Below, one piece after another: positions 1 to 12,538 of a DNA stretch of 54,208 nt. Position 1 is the stretch's first letter, and the number at the start of each line of letters is the position of its first letter. A program made the translations under genes and the position numbers. Origin of the DNA: an uncultured Bacilli bacterium (lineage in GTDB: Bacteria > Bacillota_I > Bacilli_A > RF39 > UBA660); contig CANQGF010000002.1 in assembly GCA_947601485.1 (NCBI GenBank), positions 1 through 54,208 on the forward strand, in the 5' to 3' direction. The notes below the pieces were generated by a model. That model was not told the origin of the DNA. It saw only the letters and a list, made by a program, of their open reading frames with translations, and did not search any database.

Positions 1-76
1 TGGTGTCCCCTTAGGGATTCGAACCCTAGACCCACCGATTAAGAGTCGGTTGCTCTACCAACTGAGCTAAGGAGAC
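1..76 (-). tRNA. tRNA-Lys (anticodon CTT), CCA encoded
   Basis: The reverse complement reads GTCTCCT-TAGCTCAGTTGGTAGAGC...ACCGA-CTCTTAA-TCGGT...TAGGG-TTCGAAT-CCCTA-AGGGGAC-A-CCA. It has a 7-bp acceptor stem (one G-U), a canonical D loop and a canonical T loop. The 7-nt anticodon loop is CT-CTT-AA. Confidence 0.9.
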
Positions 77-163
77 AAATTAGTAGAACAATAAAATTAT
101 ACTCTAACTCATAATAAAATGCAAGGTATTAAATAATAGCGAAGTGTGTTATAATAAAAAAAG

Positions 164-1447
164 GTGAATTACATGTTCGTTGATGAAGTTAATTTAAAAT
201 TAATCGCTGGGTCTGGTGGGGATGGTTGCACTTCATTTAGAAGAGAAAAGTTTGTTCCTATGGGTGGCCCAGATGGTGGTAATGGTGGTAAAGGAGCCGA
301 TATCATTTTTAAAGTTGATTCGGGTCTTAAAACTTTAATTGATTTAAAATATCGTAAAATTGTAAAAGGAAATAAAGGGATAAATGGGCAAGGATCTAAT
401 AAATATGGTGCGAATGCTGAAGATGTAATTATTTATGTTCCAATTGGTACTACTATTACCGATTTAGATACTAATTTAGTTATAAAAGATTTAATTAACC
501 CAAATGATGAGGTCGTAGTAGCTTATGGTGGTAGAGGTGGCAAAGGCAATAAGGCTTTTGCTACTCATGACAACCCTGCTCCCAAATTTAGTGAAAAAGG
601 AGAAATGGGGGAAATCAAATTAGTTAAATGTGAATTAAAAATGCTTGCAGATGTTGGGTTAGTTGGATATCCTTCTGTTGGTAAAAGCACCATTATTAGT
701 ATGATTAGTGCTTCAAAGCCAAAAATAGCGCCCTATCATTTTACAACTTTATCTCCTAATTTAGGCGTAGTTAAATTAAAAAATGGTTCATCTTTTGTAA
801 TGGCTGACTTACCGGGAATTATTGAAGGAGCAAGCATGGGCATAGGTTTAGGTGATAAATTTTTAAGACATGCTATGCGAACTAAAATTATATGTCATGT
901 GATTGACATGGGTGCAAGTGAAGGAAGAACTCCTCTAGAAGATTACAAAATAATTAGAAAAGAAATGGAAGAGTATAGTGATAAACTAGCTCAAAAATTT
1001 GAAGTTATTATTGCCAATAAAATGGATTTACCTAATGCTTTAGATAATTTAACTAAATTTAAAGAAAAATATCCAAATAAAAAAATATTTGCTATTAGTG
1101 CTATTAATAATGAAGGAATTGAAGAATTAATTAATTATTTAGGTGAAAAACTTAATGATATAAATGATTCTTTAGAATATAAAGATGAAGAACTATTGAG
1201 TCATTTGGAATTTAAATTTAAAGAAGAAAAACCATATACTATTACTAAAGATGGCGATTTGTGGGTTATTCAAGGTAAAGAAATCGAAAAATTATTTAAT
1301 ATGACAAGATTTAATGAAGATGAAGCGGTTTTACGTTTTGCCAGGAAATTAAAAGCAATGGGTGTTGAAGAAGAATTAGAAAAACTTGGTGCTAAAAGAG
1401 GAGACGAAGTGCAAATTCTTGATTACATTTTTGAATTTAAGGAATAA
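164..1447 (+). CDS. obg: GTPase Obg/CgtA
   Basis: Glycine-rich Obg fold (AGSGGDGC...GGPDGGNGGKGADIIF). G-domain motifs GYPSVGKST, DLPG and NKMD. C-terminal OCT/TGS-like tail. ATG at 173 (MFVDE...) lies 6 nt after AAGGTG and is a likelier start than GTG 164. Confidence 0.95.
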   Translation: MNYMFVDEVNLKLIAGSGGDGCTSFRREKFVPMGGPDGGNGGKGADIIFKVDSGLKTLIDLKYRKIVKGNKGINGQGSNKYGANAEDVIIYVPIGTTITDLDTNLVIKDLINPNDEVVVAYGGRGGKGNKAFATHDNPAPKFSEKGEMGEIKLVKCELKMLADVGLVGYPSVGKSTIISMISASKPKIAPYHFTTLSPNLGVVKLKNGSSFVMADLPGIIEGASMGIGLGDKFLRHAMRTKIICHVIDMGASEGRTPLEDYKIIRKEMEEYSDKLAQKFEVIIANKMDLPNALDNLTKFKEKYPNKKIFAISAINNEGIEELINYLGEKLNDINDSLEYKDEELLSHLEFKFKEEKPYTITKDGDLWVIQGKEIEKLFNMTRFNEDEAVLRFARKLKAMGVEEELEKLGAKRGDEVQILDYIFEFKE

Positions 1448-1500
1448 ATTTCTAAAGAAAATTTTTAATTGTAAAGCAAGTGTTATCTATAATAAAATTA

Positions 1501-1529
1501 TTGATAAATTTAATTAATTAGGCTATAAT
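1501..1529 (+). promoter_or_regulatory. sigma-A type promoter (TTGATA-17 nt-TATAAT) for the 1558 gene
   Basis: TTGATA at 1501-1506, exact 17-nt spacer, TATAAT at 1524-1529, about 30 nt upstream of the start codon. Confidence 0.55.
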
Positions 1530-1557
1530 AATTTATATAAGGTATAGGGTGATTTAA

Positions 1558-2250
1558 ATGAATGAAGAAAATAGAAAAAAAGGATTTAAAAGATATGGGA
1601 TATATATATTAGCATTGGTTGTTGTGCTAATCGTATCACTTTTAGCAGTCAGTTATTCATACTTGTCATTTTTAGATACAAGTACCTCTACATCATCTAC
1701 TCTTATAGGAACAACAGAATGTTTAGATGTTACACCGAGTTATGAAGGAGTAGCTACTCTTACGAATAAATATCCTTTAACTGATGATGCAGCTGTAGCT
1801 GGTAAAGTAACTCCTATAACACTGACTATTAAAAATAATTGTACTGGAGGTAATCCAATTCCTTATAGTGTTATATTTACAAGCCTTGATAATGGTAGTA
1901 AATATATTGGTGATGGAAATGTTAAAATAAAAATCACAAAGACTATTGGTGATACAACAACAAATCCCAAAGATACTGGTTTATTAAATACAATGACTAA
2001 ATTAGCAAGTAGCAAAACTACATATGGCTTGTTAGATAGTAGACTTAAAGCTGACACTAAACTAACTAGTTATACTACTAAAACTCCGTATGTTGTTGAA
2101 GGCAGTCAAGAAATTAAGCCAAATGAGACAATTATTTATAAAATTTATTTATGGGTTAATGATCCAGGCAGTGAAGATAATACAACTCAAGATAAAAACT
2201 TTGCAAGTGTTACTAGTATAGTAGTTAACAATCCTGAAAGTTTGACTTAA
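1558..2250 (+). CDS. hypothetical N-terminally membrane-anchored, Thr/Ser-rich exported protein
   Basis: Track ORF with RBS GGGTGA upstream. Basic N-terminus is followed by a hydrophobic helix (GIYILALVVVLIVSLLAV). The rest is polar, T/S/N-rich, with 2 Cys. No family recognised. Confidence 0.6.
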   Translation: MNEENRKKGFKRYGIYILALVVVLIVSLLAVSYSYLSFLDTSTSTSSTLIGTTECLDVTPSYEGVATLTNKYPLTDDAAVAGKVTPITLTIKNNCTGGNPIPYSVIFTSLDNGSKYIGDGNVKIKITKTIGDTTTNPKDTGLLNTMTKLASSKTTYGLLDSRLKADTKLTSYTTKTPYVVEGSQEIKPNETIIYKIYLWVNDPGSEDNTTQDKNFASVTSIVVNNPESLT

Positions 2251-2261
2251 TATTACGTTTA

Positions 2262-2296
2262 AAAATATTGTGAAAGTTCTCACAATATTTTTTTAA
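2262..2296 (+). terminator. rho-independent terminator
   Basis: AAAATATTGTGA (2262-2273) pairs with TCACAATATTTT (2280-2291). 6-nt loop, then a T-run. Confidence 0.7.
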
Positions 2297-2356
2297 TAGT
2301 ATGTTGTCCTAGACTTTAAATAGACATTTTGATAAAATTAAAATGGTGATGAAATA

Positions 2357-2911
2357 ATGTATAGTTATTTAAATGGAATAATTGATAGTGTTACATCTAA
2401 CTCTATTATTGTTGATGTATCTGGGGTTGGTTATAATGTTTTTGTGCCAAATCCATTTAGTTATGAAGTGGGAAAAACATATAAAGTTTATGTTTATAAT
2501 CATTTAAAAGAAGATGAATCTTCTTTATATGGCTTTAAAAGTATGGAAGAAAAAGAATTATTTTTAAAACTCATTAATGTAAAAGGAATGGGACCTAAAG
2601 TAGCTAGTGGTATTTTTGCAACGGGTTCAATCAAAGGAGTAGTTGATGCCATAAATAAAGAAAATCTTTTATATTTAACTAAATTTCCTAAAATTGGTGA
2701 TAAATTAGCAAGACAAATTATTTTAGATTTAAAAGGAAAAGTTTACACAGATACTACTGAAGTAGAAGATACTAATATAGATGAATTAATAAGTGTATTA
2801 GAAAATCTTGGCTATAAAACGGTTGAAATTAAAAAAGTTGTTCCAATGGTTGATGCATCTAAAACTTTAGAAGAGCAAGTAAAAGAGGCTTTAAAACTGC
2901 TTTTAAAATAA
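2357..2911 (+). CDS. ruvA: Holliday junction branch migration complex subunit RuvA
   Basis: MYSYLNGII...VDVSGVGYNVFVP OB-fold N-terminus. HhH region LINVKGMGPKVA. Directly upstream of ruvB. Confidence 0.9.
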   Translation: MYSYLNGIIDSVTSNSIIVDVSGVGYNVFVPNPFSYEVGKTYKVYVYNHLKEDESSLYGFKSMEEKELFLKLINVKGMGPKVASGIFATGSIKGVVDAINKENLLYLTKFPKIGDKLARQIILDLKGKVYTDTTEVEDTNIDELISVLENLGYKTVEIKKVVPMVDASKTLEEQVKEALKLLLK

Positions 2912-2996
2912 TTAAAAATTTATTTCAAAAAATAGTTGCAAAGCAAACAAAAGTATGATAAGATTAATTTACGATTAGAGTAAGGGAGGTTATAAA

Positions 2997-4019
2997 ATGG
3001 ACAATCGCATAGTTGATTCTGATTTAAAAGATGAAGATATTTTTGAAAAGAGTATTAGGCCAGAATTTTTGGATGAATATGTTGGTCAACAAGAAATAAA
3101 AGAAAATTTAAGGGTTTTTATTAAAGCTGCTAAAATGAGAAACGAACCTCTTGATCATGTTTTATTATATGGTCCCCCAGGACTTGGTAAAACCACATTA
3201 GCCCATATTATTGCTAATGAGTTAGGTTCAACTTTAAGAACCGCTAGTGGACCATCTATTGAAAAAAGCGGTGATTTAGCGGCAATTTTGTCTAATTTAG
3301 AGCCAGGAGATGTTTTGTTTATTGATGAAATTCATCGTATGCCTTCATATATTGAAGAAATATTATATCCTGCGATGGAAGACTTTGAAATTGATTTAGT
3401 GATTGGTGGTGGCGATGGTAAAAGCAAAAGCATAAAAATAAATTTACCTCCATTTACTTTAGTAGGTGCTACTACAAGAGCAGGTGATTTATCTAGTCCT
3501 TTACGTGATCGTTTTGGAATAGTGGCAAAACTTGAGTATTATTCTTTTGATGAGCTTAAAGATATAGTCATTAGAAGTGGTAGAATTTTTAATATTAATA
3601 TTGATGAAGATGCTGCGATGGAAATTGCCAAAAGAAGTAGAAAAACACCAAGAGTTGCTAATAGATTATTTCGGAGGGTTAGAGATTTTGCTATAGTTGA
3701 AGGCGATGGTAAAATAGATTTAGAGATTACAAGAAAAGCTTTAAAAAGATTAAAAGTCGATGAAACTGGTCTTGATAATATTGACCGGGAATATTTAACT
3801 AGTTTAATTGAAAAATTTAATGGTGGCCCTGTAGGTGTTGAAACTATTGCTACAAGTATTGGGGAAGAGGTTACTACTATTGAAGATGTTGTTGAGCCTT
3901 ACCTACTTCAAGAAGGTTTTATTAAGAGAACTAGAAGCGGTCGAGTCGCAACTCAAAAAGCCTATCGCAGTTTAGGAATCACTTATAATTATGGCCTATT
4001 TGAGGAGGATTTAAAATGA
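2997..4019 (+). CDS. ruvB: Holliday junction DNA helicase RuvB
   Basis: AAA+ motifs [11 protein letters not shown] and FIDEIHR. RuvB-specific [15 protein letters not shown]. Winged-helix C-terminus. Confidence 0.97.
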   Translation: MDNRIVDSDLKDEDIFEKSIRPEFLDEYVGQQEIKENLRVFIKAAKMRNEPLDHVLLYGPPGLGKTTLAHIIANELGSTLRTASGPSIEKSGDLAAILSNLEPGDVLFIDEIHRMPSYIEEILYPAMEDFEIDLVIGGGDGKSKSIKINLPPFTLVGATTRAGDLSSPLRDRFGIVAKLEYYSFDELKDIVIRSGRIFNINIDEDAAMEIAKRSRKTPRVANRLFRRVRDFAIVEGDGKIDLEITRKALKRLKVDETGLDNIDREYLTSLIEKFNGGPVGVETIATSIGEEVTTIEDVVEPYLLQEGFIKRTRSGRVATQKAYRSLGITYNYGLFEEDLK

Positions 4020-4843
4020 CAATATTAGATGGAAAAATGGTTAGTAATGATATAATAGCTAATTTAAAAAAAAGAAGAGAAAAAATTAACGATACTATTA
4101 AATTAGCTATTATTTGGGTAGGAAATAATCCTGCTAGTGAAATTTATATTAATAATAAAAAGAAACAATGTGCTAAAATTAATGTTCTTTGTGATGTTTA
4201 TCATTTAGACGAGGATACTTTAGAAAATGAAGTATTAGAATTAATAGATAAATTAAATAAAGATACTACTGTAACTGGTATATTAGTTCAAAGCCCTTTG
4301 CCTAATGGAATCGATGAAATTAAATGTTTTAATAAAATTGATTCTAAAAAAGATATTGATGGTTTTTCAAATATATCAGTTGGTAATTTATATTTAGGTA
4401 GACCTAGATTAGTATCTTGTACTCCTAAAGGAATTATAAGATTATTAGAATATTATGGTATTGATTTAGAGGGTAAGAATGTATGTTTAATAAATCGTAG
4501 TAATATAGTGGGTAAACCGTTATTTCATTTATTAATTTCAAAGAATGCAACAGTTACAATGTGCCATTCCAAAACAAGAAATTTAAAAGATATAACAAAG
4601 AATGCTGATGTTATTATCAGCGCTGTTGGAAAGCCAAAATTCATTACTGCAGATATGGTAAGTGATGGTGCTATTGTTGTTGATGTAGGTATTTCAAGAA
4701 TTGACGGCAAAGTTGTTGGGGATGTAGATTTTGCTAACGTTAGTGAAAAAACCAGTTATATTACACCAGTACCAGGCGGTGTTGGGCCAATGACGATAGC
4801 AATGATTTTAGAAAATATATTAATAGCTAAGGAGAGTGAATAA
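4016..4843 (+). CDS. folD: bifunctional methylenetetrahydrofolate dehydrogenase/methenyl-THF cyclohydrolase FolD
   Basis: Start overlaps the ruvB stop (ATGA). Motifs [18 protein letters not shown]...[13 protein letters not shown]. Confidence 0.93.
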   Translation: MTILDGKMVSNDIIANLKKRREKINDTIKLAIIWVGNNPASEIYINNKKKQCAKINVLCDVYHLDEDTLENEVLELIDKLNKDTTVTGILVQSPLPNGIDEIKCFNKIDSKKDIDGFSNISVGNLYLGRPRLVSCTPKGIIRLLEYYGIDLEGKNVCLINRSNIVGKPLFHLLISKNATVTMCHSKTRNLKDITKNADVIISAVGKPKFITADMVSDGAIVVDVGISRIDGKVVGDVDFANVSEKTSYITPVPGGVGPMTIAMILENILIAKESE

Positions 4844-6064
4844 ATGGATAAAGAATTAAAAGAAGCGTTAGATTTAGAAAGGAAAAGACAAGAAGATAAT
4901 ATTGAACTTATCGCATCAGAAAACTATGTTTCTAAAGCAGTATTAGAGTTACAAGGAAGTATTTTAACCAATAAATATGCAGAAGGATATCCTCATAAAA
5001 GATATTATGGTGGATGTGAATACATTGATATTTTTGAAGAAAAAGCAATAGAATATGCTAAAAAGTTATTCCATTGTGAATATGCTAATGTTCAACCACA
5101 TAGTGGATCAAGTGCTAATATGGCTGTCTATAAAGCATTACTCAAACCAGGTGACAAAGTAATGGGGATGAATCTTTCTCATGGTGGGCATTTAACTCAT
5201 GGCTATAAGCTAAATTTTAGTGGGATGGAATATAATATAGTTAGTTACGATGTTGATAGTAAAACCGAAATGATCAATTACGATAATTTAAGAAATATAG
5301 CTTTGGAAGAAAAGCCACGAATGATAATTGCTGGAGCTTCTGCATATTCAAGAATAATTGATTTTAAAAAAATAAGAGAAATTTGTGATGAAGTTGGAGC
5401 TTATATGTTTGTTGATATGGCTCATATTGCTGGTTTAGTAGCTACTAATCTACATCCATCACCAATTCCTTATGCTGATGTTGTAACAACAACCACTCAT
5501 AAGACTTTGCGTGGTCCAAGAGGTGGCTTAATACTTACTAATAATGAAGAAATAGCTAAAAAGATTAATAAAATTGTCTTTCCGGGAATTCAAGGTGGGC
5601 CTTTAATGCACGTTATAGCTGCTAAAGCAGAATGCTTTTATGAAGCATTAAAACCTGAATTTAAAGAATATATGGAACAAGTTGTCAAGAATATTAAAGC
5701 AATGAGTGATGAGTTTATTAAAATGGGTTATCACGTAGTAAGTAATGGCACTGATAATCATTTGATTTTACTTGATGTCAAAAGTATAGGATCTACCGGT
5801 AAAGAAGCAGAAGAACTTTTAGACAAAATTCATATTACAGTAAATAAAAATACTATACCTAATGAAACCGAAAAAGCAACTATTGCAAGTGGCATTAGAA
5901 TTGGTAGTCCAGCCATGACTTCAAGAGGCTTAAAAGAAGATGAATTTATTAAAATAGCTCATATTATTGATGAAGCATTAAAAAATAAAGATAATGAAGA
6001 AGTGTTAAATAAATTAACTGATGATGTTTTAAGTATTACCCATAAACATCCACTTATGTATTAG
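4844..6064 (+). CDS. glyA: serine hydroxymethyltransferase
   Basis: [21 protein letters not shown], and the PLP-lysine motif [14 protein letters not shown]. Confidence 0.97.
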   Translation: MDKELKEALDLERKRQEDNIELIASENYVSKAVLELQGSILTNKYAEGYPHKRYYGGCEYIDIFEEKAIEYAKKLFHCEYANVQPHSGSSANMAVYKALLKPGDKVMGMNLSHGGHLTHGYKLNFSGMEYNIVSYDVDSKTEMINYDNLRNIALEEKPRMIIAGASAYSRIIDFKKIREICDEVGAYMFVDMAHIAGLVATNLHPSPIPYADVVTTTTHKTLRGPRGGLILTNNEEIAKKINKIVFPGIQGGPLMHVIAAKAECFYEALKPEFKEYMEQVVKNIKAMSDEFIKMGYHVVSNGTDNHLILLDVKSIGSTGKEAEELLDKIHITVNKNTIPNETEKATIASGIRIGSPAMTSRGLKEDEFIKIAHIIDEALKNKDNEEVLNKLTDDVLSITHKHPLMY

Positions 6065-6076
6065 GAGGTATGAAGT

Positions 6077-6928
6077 ATGTCTAAATGGGATAAAAAATAT
6101 ATTGAATTATGTGAAGAAATACTTGAAAAGGGAGTAAGAGTAGAAAATAGAACAGGTATTGATACAATTAAAATTCCTTTTAAATCATTCGAATTTGATT
6201 TAGAAGAAGAGTTTCCAATTTTAACTACTAAATTTGTAGCCTTTAAATCAGCGGTTTTAGAATTATTATGGTTTTATCAAGCAAAAAGTAATGATGTTAG
6301 ATGGCTTCAAGAACGTGGTGTTAAAATTTGGAATGAATGGGAATTTGATGATAATGGAAATTATCAAGGTAAAACATTCCCAAAAGAATATGCTCATACA
6401 ATCGGAACTGCATATGGTTATATAGTAAATAAATTTAATTTAACTGATGATTTAATTAAAAAAATTAAAGAAACACCAACTGATCGAAGAATGATTATGA
6501 GTTTATGGCAAAATGATTATTTAAATACTGCTGTTTTACCTTCTTGCGTTTGGAATACAATGTGGGATGTAACTGATGGTCATTTAAATTGTGTTGTTAC
6601 TTGCCGAAGTAATGATGTCCCTTTAGGAATGCCATTTAATGTTACTCAATATGCTGTGTTAGTTCACTTACTTGCACAAGTAACTGGACTAAAACCTGGT
6701 AAACTATATTACAACGCTAAAGATTTACATATTTATGTTAATCAAATTGATGGTATTAAAGAACAAATTCAAAGGTATAAAGAATTAGGCGATTTTGAAG
6801 CTCCAAAATTATGGATTAATCCTGAAATTGATGATTTCTTTGCTTTTGATAATTCTAAAGAATTAAAAGACATAAAGCTAATTAGATATAAGCATCATGG
6901 TAAAATTTCAATGCCGGTGAGCGTATGA
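6077..6928 (+). CDS. thyA: thymidylate synthase (ThyA type)
   Basis: RTGIDT, DRRMIMS.W, active-site region LPSCVW, RSNDVPLGMPFNV. Confidence 0.95.
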   Translation: MSKWDKKYIELCEEILEKGVRVENRTGIDTIKIPFKSFEFDLEEEFPILTTKFVAFKSAVLELLWFYQAKSNDVRWLQERGVKIWNEWEFDDNGNYQGKTFPKEYAHTIGTAYGYIVNKFNLTDDLIKKIKETPTDRRMIMSLWQNDYLNTAVLPSCVWNTMWDVTDGHLNCVVTCRSNDVPLGMPFNVTQYAVLVHLLAQVTGLKPGKLYYNAKDLHIYVNQIDGIKEQIQRYKELGDFEAPKLWINPEIDDFFAFDNSKELKDIKLIRYKHHGKISMPVSV

Positions 6929-7410
6929 TATCATTAATTGCTGCGGTTGGTGAAAATTTAGAAATAGGTAAAGATAACCATCTAATTTGGCATTTGCCTA
7001 ATGATTTGAAATTTTTTTATAAAACAACCATAAATCATAAAGTAATAATGGGATATAATACTTATTTATCGATTGGACATGCTCTTTCTAATCGTACAAA
7101 TATTGTTATGGTTGATGATAAAAAGAAAGTTACAGCACAAGATGTTATAGCTTATGATAATATAGAAGAAATGATTGCCAAAGAAATTAAAAATGATGAA
7201 GAAGTTTTTGTTATAGGGGGAGCATCAATGTATAAATATTTTTATCCATTAGCTAATAGAATGTATTTGACATTAGTAAAAGCTAGCGATAAAGATGCTG
7301 ATACTTTCTTTCCTGAATATCGAAAAGATTCATGGCATAAAAAAATTCTTCAAGAAAATATTGACAATAATATTGCTTATACTTTTACTTTGTTTGAAAG
7401 AGAAAAATAA
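6925..7410 (+). CDS. folA: dihydrofolate reductase
   Basis: Start overlaps the thyA stop (ATGA). ISLIAAV..N..IGKDN.L.W.LP.DLK.F...T, MGYNTY.S, GGASMY. Confidence 0.9.
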   Translation: MISLIAAVGENLEIGKDNHLIWHLPNDLKFFYKTTINHKVIMGYNTYLSIGHALSNRTNIVMVDDKKKVTAQDVIAYDNIEEMIAKEIKNDEEVFVIGGASMYKYFYPLANRMYLTLVKASDKDADTFFPEYRKDSWHKKILQENIDNNIAYTFTLFEREK

Positions 7411-7437
7411 ATTTATAATAAAAATAGGAGAGTAGTT

Positions 7438-8013
7438 GTGGAAAAGAAAAAATTAATTATTATAGAAGGACCTCAAGGCACTGGTAAAACAACTTTAGCT
7501 AATTATTTAAGAGAAAATTTACCAGGATCTAATCTATATCGTTTATCAGGCCAAAAAGATAAATCAAAAACTGGTAAAGATTTTAGTTCAAAAATGTATT
7601 ATGCTTTATTAGACTATTTAGAAAAAATGCAAGATATTCCGATGGATTTAGTTTTTGATCGAACATTTTTTACTGAAGAAATTTATGCTCGTTTAGGCTA
7701 TAAAGAATATTCTTTTACTGATATTTATGAAGATTTACTTCAAAGGTTTGATAACTTAAATTATGATATCTATTTTATTTGTCTTTATTTAGAAGATACT
7801 AATTTATATATTAAGAGATTAGCAAGAGAATCACATCATAATTATCAAAGTTTTAAAGTTGAAAATAGTGTTAATCAACAAAATGAATATATAAAAATGA
7901 GTAAAGAAATTGAAGAGAAATATTCTAATATTAAAGTGTTACGTTTAAAGATGGATGATTTTACAAATTCATATCAAGTTATTGACGATTTATTTGAAAT
8001 AAATAATAAATAA
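7438..8013 (+). CDS. P-loop nucleoside/nucleotide kinase, thymidylate-kinase-like
   Basis: GTG start after GGAGAG. Walker A is IIIEGPQGTGKTT. There is a DR-type motif (VFDRTFFTEEIYARL) and a basic lid-like segment (KRLARESHH). It is the last gene of the folD-glyA-thyA-folA operon. The specific substrate is not established. Confidence 0.45.
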   Translation: MEKKKLIIIEGPQGTGKTTLANYLRENLPGSNLYRLSGQKDKSKTGKDFSSKMYYALLDYLEKMQDIPMDLVFDRTFFTEEIYARLGYKEYSFTDIYEDLLQRFDNLNYDIYFICLYLEDTNLYIKRLARESHHNYQSFKVENSVNQQNEYIKMSKEIEEKYSNIKVLRLKMDDFTNSYQVIDDLFEINNK

Positions 8014-8061
8014 ATAGACTTTTGCCCCTTTTTTCTTTATAATACTATTGGAAGTGGAAAT

Positions 8062-10523
<2,462 letters not shown>

Positions 10524-10895
10524 TTATTTACTCTTTTTATTTACACCAATAAGACCACCGAAAATACTTGTTATTAGTAAAATAAGGTAATATATAAAAG
10601 TTGATATATAGAGCTTATTAGAAAATAAAATAATTTTAATAATAAGCATCAAAAATATAAATATCATTCCTATAATTAGACCTTCAACAAGACCTCTTTT
10701 TTTCCATTTGTTAGCGTTTAAAAAGCTTAAAGTAAAAAATAATATGATATTAGCTATAAAAAGAATTATAGTAGTTATACCACTATTTAAACCTATTAAA
10801 TTTAAAAGACTAGCAATAAAAGTCAGCATTAATTCAAAAATTAAAAAAATACTTATAAATTTTAAATAATTTAATAATCTGTTCAATATAATCAC
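10524..10895 (-). CDS. small 4-TM integral membrane protein, YrzE-like (TIGR04086-type) by size and position
   Basis: 123 aa, almost entirely hydrophobic, with about 4 predicted helices. It sits where yrzE lies in the B. subtilis tgt-yrbF-yrzE-yrbG block. The family call is positional and compositional only. Confidence 0.35.
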   Translation of the reverse strand: MIILNRLLNYLKFISIFLIFELMLTFIASLLNLIGLNSGITTIILFIANIILFFTLSFLNANKWKKRGLVEGLIIGMIFIFLMLIIKIILFSNKLYISTFIYYLILLITSIFGGLIGVNKKSK

Positions 10896-10952
10896 CTAAT
10901 AAATTATAGTGAAATGTTTAAAAAGATATGAATAAAACCATAATATTAGTAG

Positions 10953-11609
10953 GTGATAAAATTGGAAATCTTACAAGTTCTATTTCGAACGGCTTTCTTT
11001 TATTTTTTTGTTTTACTATGTTATCGTATTATGGGTAAAAGAGAAATAGGCCAACTTGGAGTGGTCGATTTAATGGTTTCTATTCTAATTGCAGAATTAA
11101 TTGCTATTTCAATCGAAAACGTCAAAGATAGTATGTTACTTACTATTTTACCAATTATTTTACTAGTATTGCTTGAAATTGTTTTAGCATATATTTCAAT
11201 TAAATCAAGAGGAGTTAGAACATTTTTAGATGGCAAACCATCTCTTATAATTGTAAGTGGTAAAATTAATTATAATGAAATGGTTAAACAAAGATATAGT
11301 ATGGATAACCTTTTGTTAAGTTTAAGACAAAATGGAATTAAATCGATTGAAGAAGTTGAGTATGCATTTTTAGAACCAAATGGTAAATTATCGATATTTA
11401 AATATAATTATTTTCGTATTCCATCACCATATCCAATGCCTTTAATACTTGATGGCAATGTGCAAAAAAAAGCCTTAAAATATATTCATAAAAGTGAAAG
11501 TTGGCTTAAGTATGTTTTAAATAAAAAAGGGCTAGAAATTAATGATATATTTTATTGTTTTTATAAAAAGAAAAAATTATTTATCATTAAAAGAACTGAT
11601 TTAAAATGA
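10953..11609 (+). CDS. DUF421 (YetF/YrbG-like) membrane protein
   Basis: R.MGKREIGQLGVVDLMVSILIAE matches the DUF421 signature (GKR..sQLt.fD.v..i.iG). The soluble C-terminal half is as in YetF. TTG 10962, after AGGTGA, is an alternative start. Confidence 0.7.
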   Translation: MIKLEILQVLFRTAFFYFFVLLCYRIMGKREIGQLGVVDLMVSILIAELIAISIENVKDSMLLTILPIILLVLLEIVLAYISIKSRGVRTFLDGKPSLIIVSGKINYNEMVKQRYSMDNLLLSLRQNGIKSIEEVEYAFLEPNGKLSIFKYNYFRIPSPYPMPLILDGNVQKKALKYIHKSESWLKYVLNKKGLEINDIFYCFYKKKKLFIIKRTDLK

Positions 11610-11638
11610 ATTCAATATTAAATTATTGAATTTTTTTT
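11609..11638 (+). terminator. rho-independent terminator
   Basis: AATTCAATA (11609-11617) pairs with TATTGAATT (11624-11632), followed by a T8 run. Confidence 0.7.
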
Positions 11639-11681
11639 GAGATGAATTTTTTTAAAAATAGCAAGATAAATTATTTTTTGG

Positions 11682-11711
11682 TTGACAAATAAATGTTAAG
11701 TTATATATAAT
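11682..11711 (+). promoter_or_regulatory. sigma-A type promoter (TTGACA-18 nt-TATAAT)
   Basis: TTGACA at 11682-11687 and TATAAT at 11706-11711, about 30 nt upstream of ATG 11744. Confidence 0.55.
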
Positions 11712-11743
11712 TATATTGTAAATAGTAGAAAGTAGAGAGCAAT

Positions 11744-12514
11744 ATGGAAAAGTTAAACAATTTATTACAGGAATTAGGGGTTTCAAAAGTAAGACTTTCA
11801 AAATATTTAGGAGTGTCAAGACAAATGGTTTATAACTATCTTGTATTAGATAGTCTTGATAAATGGCCAAAAGAAAAGAAAATATTACTTCTTCAACTAC
11901 TAGATTTAAAAGATGGAAGTGATGAAGAACTAGCTAAAATTAAAGTAGATACTGAATACTTAATGAATGTTGAGAAAAGACTTAACATTGGAGTAAAAAA
12001 TGGCAATGATTTAGAAAATTTTTTAGATTTAAAAGGGCTCGATAAAGAAAGCAAAATGCTATTAAATGATATTGCCTTTCTTCTTAAAGAAAAATTAGAA
12101 GAAAATAAAGATAATGATGTTTTTGCTATTAAATATTTGTATAATTTATTGCAATCAATGGATAATGTGCCAGAAATAAAATATATGTTAGCTTATATGG
12201 CTAAAACAAATGGTTTTATCAATTCCGAAGAATTTGCTTTTGATGAAGATCGCCAATATATTTTTGAAGCTATTCTTTATGCAGCATTAAATTTATATAA
12301 CAATGGGGGCGCAAGTAAGAGTAAAGTCGCCGAAAATAGACGTAAATTTGTTGCGGAAATTGAAGCAAAAAAAGAAGAAAAATTAAGTAGGACTCAACAA
12401 TTAAATACAATCCGTATTCAAGCTCTAAAAGAACTTGGTTATACGGAAATAAATGAAGGCAATGCCGCAGAAGTATTTGAAAAAATTGCCGAGATTCAAT
12501 CTAGAAAAGTTTAA
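11744..12514 (+). CDS. hypothetical protein with N-terminal helix-turn-helix
   Basis: LGVSKVRLSKYLGVSRQMVYNYL is an XRE/HTH_3-like motif. The remaining ~200 aa are helical and acidic, with no recognised family. Confidence 0.55.
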   Translation: MEKLNNLLQELGVSKVRLSKYLGVSRQMVYNYLVLDSLDKWPKEKKILLLQLLDLKDGSDEELAKIKVDTEYLMNVEKRLNIGVKNGNDLENFLDLKGLDKESKMLLNDIAFLLKEKLEENKDNDVFAIKYLYNLLQSMDNVPEIKYMLAYMAKTNGFINSEEFAFDEDRQYIFEAILYAALNLYNNGGASKSKVAENRRKFVAEIEAKKEEKLSRTQQLNTIRIQALKELGYTEINEGNAAEVFEKIAEIQSRKV

Positions 12515-12538
12515 AAATGAAAGAGTAGAAGTAGAGAG

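Noticed and set aside
1558-1650. Prepilin-like leader (KKGF...) in the 230-aa protein
   Set aside because: The sequence after KKGF is KRYGIY, not the G/FTLIE cleavage and methylation motif. It has no Glu5, so it is not a type IV pilin signal.
1863-2057. Other short ORFs nested inside larger genes, antisense or in another frame (1863..2057, 4525..4710, 11021..11236, 11652..11870, 34625..34828, 34999..35229, 42094..42291, 42768..43112, 52464..52676)
   Set aside because: Each is contained within, or largely overlaps, a larger gene with recognisable motifs. They have hydrophobic, low-complexity translations and no SD. They are treated as spurious.
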